Origin: Chrysomallon squamiferum
Lineage: Eukaryota; Animalia; Mollusca
Direction of reading: 5' to 3'
Assembly (NCBI GenBank): GCA_012295275.1
Contig: CM022665.1
Location: forward strand, 12,400,001 to 12,464,000
DNA: 64,000 nt
Shown: positions 56,621 through 64,000 of the stretch, piece after piece
Layout: every line of letters begins with the position of its first letter
Position numbering within the stretch: the first letter of the stretch is position 1
Notes under the pieces: model-generated
Told to the model about the DNA's origin: nothing
Seen by the model: the letters and a program-made list of their open reading frames with translations, nothing else
The model's database searches: none
Translations under genes and position numbers: made by a program

Positions 56621-57186
56621 GCGTGTTTTACTTCTTAAGTTCTACGATCAACCCAATTTTATACAATCTGTTATCGAGAAAATTTCGACAGGCTTCCAAG
56701 AGAACGTTATGTCGTTGCTGCTTGGACTTGGAATCCATACCAGCGTTTTACAAGCTGAAAGCGAAGTTCATTTGTCGAGGCGAAATCACGACGTCGTCGC
56801 AAAGCGAAAGACGTTACCTCAACCCAGAAATCAGAATGGCAAAATTAGCGGGGCCTGAAATTCGAAATCTGAACAAAACTCCAGGATACCCTTCTACCAA
56901 GGATACCTCCATGCGTCAATTCAGTCCTACCCCATCCTCCAGCAGTGCGCATGCGCATTCCGACGGTCGTTTGGAATATCTCTGTCGTCATAAATACTGT
57001 TCTGGCAGGCGGGCTCGGTTGCAGGCACTTCGTGAATCATCGGTAAGGAGACATCTGCATGCGTCAGATCCGGATATTGATAATTACAGTATGACGAGGT
57101 ACTACCGCCAGTGCTTGTTACTGAATTCGGCTATCGACGGCGTTACGGTGAGCAGAGAACGATGCAAAGACATCTGCAGGCTTTGA
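56621..57186 (+). CDS. Terminal coding exon (TM7, helix 8, long C-tail) of the same GPCR
   Basis: Acceptor tttttttctctttcag|. G|GC continues the frame: GVFYFLSSTINPILYNLLSRKFRQASKRTLCRCC (NPxxY, helix 8, Cys cluster), then a Ser/Thr/Arg-rich tail to TGA at 57184-57186. Confidence 0.95.
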
Positions 57187-57191
57187 ATAAA
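57186..57191 (+). terminator. Candidate polyadenylation signal AATAAA overlapping the stop codon
   Basis: ctt TGA ATAAA; further AATAAA hexamers occur at 58085 and beyond. Confidence 0.3.
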
Positions 57192-59672
57192 CAGCAGCAT
57201 GACAAGATATTTATTATTTCTTGCAAGGAACTGTTTTTTGAACACAAGAGTTCTTGCTAACAGACTACGTTTGTTTAGAGATTTGAAAATTACGTTTTCA
57301 CGTACTTCAACTCGTTATAGAAAATGGCATTTCCTGATGATATAACGAACACAATTTCAGCTGATCAGTAACATTTTGCATCGAGGAAAGAAAACGGTTA
57401 TTGACATATGACAATTCATGGCGACAGAATTTTGCGCATTTTGGCGACCCATGTCTTTTCTTGTTGATGTCAAAACATGTTCGTGTTTACATATGTCAAC
57501 TCGATTACCAAACCAACAGTTTCTAATGACATAACTTTAAAAATCTGTTTTACAATTTGTGTCGCTGTGCGACAATTCATGTGAAAAGTGTAAAAATTTG
57601 ATTTGGCATATATTATGACAATTCAAATTCGGAACTGACTGTTTTGACGTATGTTGTGACAACATATGACAGTTCATATCTGTGTCACCATCTGTGACAT
57701 TTCCTTGTAATTCGTTACTACTCGTGATGAATTGTAACAATGTCTGTGACAATATATACATATACATATATACACACACACACATATATATATATATGTA
57801 TATGTATATGTATATATGTGGGCATGTGTGTGTGCGTGTATGTATGTATGTGTATGTATGTATGTATGTATGTATGAATGTATGTATGTATGTATGTATG
57901 TATATCCTTATAAACTGGATATCCTAGTAATGATCATATCCTGAATAGCGCTTGCTGATCAGATTTTATTTTTTGTAACTGTCTCAATTAAAATTATATT
58001 TTACTAAATTTTTATCGTTTATTTACGAAACTTTCAGCACAACGCTAACTATAAATTTACGCTTACTAAATTCATAAACTACAAAATAAATTAACTAAGA
58101 AACAATATATACCGAAGCTATTAGGACTCTTCTTGTCATTAATTACTCTGTTCCAAGTCATGGTAACAAAATAAAATATTAAAATAACAGATGCAGTTAG
58201 TTATTACAAACTTATACATAGACGTTTTCTGAAACATCTTAGCATTTGCGATTAATAAACAGCCATAACTAATACTGATGTAAAGATCAATTAATGTACT
58301 GATTTTAAATCCTGAATAACACAAATTATGCTCAGCGTTTGAAGATCAAGTTCAATTAAAATAAATCCAGTTTATCAGACGATATTTAAGGCAGCTCGAT
58401 AGATGTGTGCCATCAAAATACATTTTCAGCAAAATATTCTGAAACTGCTTGTACCATAATCTTTCATTCTTAAAATCAAGATATTTTCCTGTCCATTCGA
58501 ATATATGAGAATATTTTAGCCACACGCAGTTGTCATGTGTATTTGTCAGATGTCTTCGGGATACGATTTACTGTTTTGTCGTTATGTTCTGGCGCTATTT
58601 TCTTGGGTTTTCTTCTCTATGATCTCTTTTCTATTTTGCTACAAATATATATATATTTGTTTTTCCTTTTCTTTCTTCTTTTTCCAAATACGTCTCTATT
58701 TTTTTACCTTCCGCACTTACTCTGTTAATACTGTTCTACCTTCATCATCTTCCTTCTATTTCTTTTTCTGACTCAGTGTATATAGATAGCACTTCCTCGT
58801 TATCTCTCTCAGTCTACCTTCTGGATAAATCTTTCTTTTAATACGTACACCTCTGGCTCACAGTCCCTCACTCTGTCAGTTCTGCCTTTCTTGCTCTTCT
58901 TTCTGTATTTCTCTCTCTCTCCATCAGTTATTCTCTCTCTTTCTCTCTTTTTCTGTCGTATGCCTGCCTCTTGCCTGCCTGTCTCTAAAAGAAGTGCAAA
59001 AAATAAAACGATTTAAATTCATTAACATGTAGATTTATTTGTGTCTTTAAACACATATTTTACCTTGTTTCAACTTCTATTTGTATTCCCCCATATTTAA
59101 AATCAAGAAAATGTACATATAAATTAAAATTATTATTTCTGTAAAGAAGATATGAGTGTTGGTGACAGATTCATAATTACAATCCCTAAAAGTAAATGTA
59201 CTTTTCAAATCAATATTAGTCGATTCAGATCATGTGATACATATTTTGTCCTGTACGTGTATGTTTGCTTTTTGCAGGGAACTTTATAAAATACTCACCG
59301 AATACAATTCAGAAAGCGTGAACGCACCAAATGAATAATGTTAATAATTTGAAATTTTATTTCCTCAGGACAAATACTGCCTGTGTTCAATTTATTTAGA
59401 ATTACACAACCGAGTGCATATATGAAATAATGTACCACATTGTTGTAGTTAACAGAATTCTCAGTGTTAACATAATCAAACATTTATAACAAATTAAAGG
59501 AGTATGTGTATATCACTAACCTACATACCCATATACATATCCTTGCATGCATATACACATACATACATACACACATATATACATACATACATACATAGAC
59601 GGAGACACACATACACATACTTACATTAACCACATATACCATGAAATCGGTCATATTAATGATCGCCAAAAC

Positions 59673-59703
<31 letters not shown>

Positions 59704-59912
59704 CCACACATTCGTACATACATGTATAAATAAATAAATTAATTAATTAACTAATTAATAAAATACGATGAAATCCACAACGATGGTAACTCAACACACA
59801 TACATAAACGGCATTAAACAAACAAAATACAGCATAAAGTTCCTACTACCATGTCCAAATTGCTTCATCTCATAATCTAAAGCAGAGTAAACACTAATAA
59901 ATTAACTGCTGT

Positions 59913-59947
<35 letters not shown>

Positions 59948-60655
59948 GGCTCTATATCAGGTTCAGATGATTAAGATATGGTCAGATTTATACACGACGA
60001 TGCTTTTAAATACGGCACACTGTAGAGAGACACGGTACAAAAATATACAACATTCATCAACAGAACGATCTATTCCGAGCATACATATGTTAAAAATAAA
60101 ACAATGTAAAATTCACAAGTATGTGCTTAAGACTGACACAGGTAATGGGTTAAGGCGGTCGACCCCTCTTAGCTAAGCTAAACAAAACAAAAATAAAAAA
60201 TAAAAAAAAAAAAGAGAAGAAGAAGAAGAAGAAGAAGCGTCTGCCCCTTTAAGACTAAACAAGTCTGAGCTGTAGTTTATGTCGTTGCTGCATAGTTTTT
60301 TTAAGCATTGCTGTCAAGAAATCAATAAATAAACATATATTTTGATTTTGTTTCTGTTAAGATAAACATTAAAGATGAATGTATATATATTTCACTGCTA
60401 TTCGAAGTCGTTTGTTTTATCACTTATCATTATCATCTGCGAAGATGGGAAGAGTGCTGTGATCTGTTAAAGCTGGTAATAAACTTTATCTTTTATTGAG
60501 CAAGTGTTTAATTTGTTTTGTGTGTTTTTGTTTTTTTCAATTGTTTTCATTTTTAATTGTTGTTTTTTGTTTGTTTTTGTTTTTTGTTGTTGTTTTTTAG
60601 TTTGCTTCTGTTTACTTTTGAGGAGTTAATACAAACGCTGAAACAATCAAAACAC

Positions 60656-60726
<71 letters not shown>

Positions 60727-62153
60727 GAGAGAGATAAAATAGCAACAAAACAGACAAAAGCAAGTACTGTACATACAAAGACGGACTAAATGTCAGATAA
60801 ATAGATAGATATCATTATTTTATAAAATATCACATTCATATATAAACACATACGTGTTCATGTATTTGTGGAAAAGAAAACAAAAAACGATCATTACATA
60901 TTTAATGTGAAAAGATTTGAAAAGTGTTGATGTTACTCTGGACCTAACAGTAAACTTTAAAATTATTTACACTATTCCCCCAAACCACAGTAAAAACATT
61001 CGACATCGTAACCTGTATCGACAAGCATTTAACCTTCGTTCCTGTATTCTTCTTTTTTCTTATTTTTTTTCTTTTTTCTTATTATTTTCTTTTATTTATG
61101 TTTTCATTATAGTAACTTTTTTTTTTTTTTTTTTTATTTTTTTTTTTTTTTTATATTTATAGATAGATAGATACTTAGATACAAAGAAGAAAGAAAACGA
61201 AAAACAAAAATATATATAATATCCATTATGTATATAGGTAGATAGATATGTTGTTGTTGTTGTTGTTGTTGTTTAAATCAGGAAAATTCTTAAACCAGCC
61301 GAGTGCCATGTTTATTTAACTTGCATCTGATCATCAGTAAAGTGTTCAAAATATCCACCGCTCCAGCCAGTTTGCTTCAGATCTGCCATTTCAGACACCA
61401 CGTTACAATATTCTCTACTGAGTTATTTGCAAGAAAGACCAATAAATGCTAACAGTCCTGAACGTAAATAATCACAAACCAAACTAATTTATTACAACAA
61501 CAACAAAAAATTAAAAATTAATAAAAAAAAAAAACGCTTTACACCATCATGAAATGATCCATAAATGTTAACAGTTCTGAAAGTTAAAAAATTCACAAAC
61601 CAAATATTTATTATCGAAACAAAAGAAAGTAAGATCCTTTTTTGCTTTGGCCATAACACCAAAAAACCACCTAAAAACAAAAAAGGATATTATTGCTTTT
61701 TTACGAAAATAAAATCATTATTAAACGTTGTGATGTTTGCAAACATTATCATGATGATAAATTGTCACACTTTTGCAAAATTAAAACCAGGAATATCTGC
61801 AAAATGTTATTACATCTGCAATTATAACCAAGACATTTGTTATCGTTTTGCTTTGGCCTTTTCATGAGAATGAGGTCAACGAAGCTAGTTGAAAATGAAA
61901 TAAAATAACCATAAATACGTGCTATATATTTTGAACATCAGAAATCTGAAACCATGAATTTACTGTCCTATCCCAATACTTCATTTTACCTTCTTAACAC
62001 GGAAACAAGACATTATTCATGTTTGATTTGATTTCTGAAAAATGTAACAAGTCAGCAGTTCACGTTGATGCTGCTCTGAATTGATAAGTATTGAATTTAA
62101 TCTACAGGAGATTTTGTTTACAGACAGACATATAGACAGACATACAAATGGCT

Positions 62154-62191
<38 letters not shown>

Positions 62192-63561
62192 TTGCATTTT
62201 TATTTATTTAATGGAAATGGATGGATTAATATGTCGGTGAATAATCTGAATTGTTATTAAAAGAATCATCAGTCATTTCTTCGTAACGGTATTAAAGTAA
62301 ATGGAAACTATCTTCAGTAACCATTTAATCGTGAAACAATGACCTTATTAATCCACAGTCTTCTTTATTCTACAGTTTAATGATATCTAAATATAGCTCT
62401 AGATGCCTGATTTAATCACGTTAGACGTTAGAAAATCTATTTCTTAAAGATCCGTAGTATGCAAAACCTGTGAACAGGGGAAAAACCACCTAAGAAATGT
62501 CTCTTCATTTAATTGAAACTTTACAAAACGGTTACTGAACACAATATAGGACAAACTTGTTCAGATGTCTAGTGATTACACTGTTATGTCTTTCACGTCG
62601 TAAGTCAGACAGAAGCCATGGTTAAAATGCCTGGAAATCTTCTTGTGTCAATGTTGTTGTAGCTGCTGCTGTCATTGTTGTTGTTTTTCTTGTTCTTGTT
62701 CTTGTTGTGTTTAAATAGATGGTCATAAAATAAATTCATTAAGGATTTTTTGGCCATTTTGTACTTCTCATACTTTGAGTTACGTTGGACAATAGCATGG
62801 AACAATCTTTGTGAACTGTGGACTTCGAATTTCCCTGAGAAAGAAAATCGCTAAAGTCTGATGAAAACATTTTGAACAAATTGTGAGTGCCATACGTCCT
62901 AACACTGGACAGTTCCTCTTGAGCCACACAGATGTAGGGGAACATGATATCCACGTATGTTGCGGCTTGCTATCAATGAATTTGTCACGGTTGGGTTAGT
63001 TAAGAGACCCCAGAATGTTGCTTTTGCACCAAGACCTATAATACTGTTAAGATTGCCCTATAAGCTATCACAACTTAAGTTATTTAACTAACTTTGTAGC
63101 TTCGTGTTCCCTTGATCTGTTAATATCGGAGTCTGTATCAACTAAAGGCCTGTTTCAGTCGTTATCTGATGAAATCATACAAAAACAGAATTGTCCCTAA
63201 CCCCTTCAATGTTCAGCTGAAAATTATTTATTAAATACACTGAAAACAAGATAACCAAGTATTTTGGATAAATTTCTTTACTATCTTTATTATAGCATTC
63301 TAGTTGCGTCTTTTTTTATTTTTTTTTTTTTTTTATTTACTTTTTTTAAACAGTTTAAGTCGAAAACTTGCTTTTTCAAACACATTTCATTAAAAAATTT
63401 AAGCATAAATGAAATTAACAAAAACTTATTCATTTTCTATGACAACGATTAAAAGGTTAAATTCAGGACCATTTAAGCAAAACAGATATTTTTGTACTAT
63501 AAAAACACAACATAAAATACAAACGATTTCCTCCTGCATTAGTGACTGTGATCATCAGACA

Positions 63562-63594
<33 letters not shown>

Positions 63595-64000
63595 GTTACT
63601 TTCCACTGATTCTATCTCCATCTTCTTCCGCTTTTGGGACCTTTTTTCTACCTACGTGTTCATCCGCCTCCGGGCCAGCTTTCCTCTCAACTTCCGTAAC
63701 TTGTGCGTCGGCTCTGAACTGTAAGAAGTATTCATACGCGTTACCTCTGCCTTGTGTTTGACATTTCCATTTGCTAAACTCGATTTAAATCCAGATTACT
63801 TGTCAGATAAATACAGTGTGATGTGTGTAGTAGGACAATAATAGAAATGTCCTTACTCTAACTCAGACAGAAAGGAAAGAACAATAATAGAAAAGTGAAT
63901 AGTGGGTGTAAGTTATGAAATATTAAAGACCTAAAAAATGAAAAGTACGGTAACAGAAAAGTAATGTATGTGTACGTTAAGAAAGACAAAAGATTCAAAG

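Overview
Eukaryotic, AT-rich, very microsatellite-dense animal genomic DNA. The repeat landscape looks molluscan, possibly coleoid cephalopod, but that is inference only. The window is dominated by one + strand rhodopsin-class neuropeptide GPCR gene of the PRXamide (pyrokinin/CAPA)-neuromedin U-ghrelin receptor group. Three coding exons splice in frame via canonical phase-1 GT-AG introns: 25477-26016, 54581-54712 and 56621-57186 (about 412 aa, end of TM2 to C-terminus), with introns of 28.6 kb and 1.9 kb. I could not find the N-terminus/TM1/TM2 exon, so it probably lies upstream of the window and positions 1-25476 are probably intronic. The introns hold a TIR-bounded, internally deleted Tigger/pogo transposon, several decayed RTE-like LINE fragments, minisatellites and microsatellites. 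Nearly all other ORFs in the track are simple-repeat artefacts. The most interesting observations are: a possible GHS-R1b-like 5-TM isoform, a decayed duplicate of the exon end and donor site 1.2 kb upstream, several long intronic fold-backs, an intragenic promoter-like motif cluster, and a TGACA cluster after the stop codon. No CRISPR array, rRNA or intact tRNA was seen.
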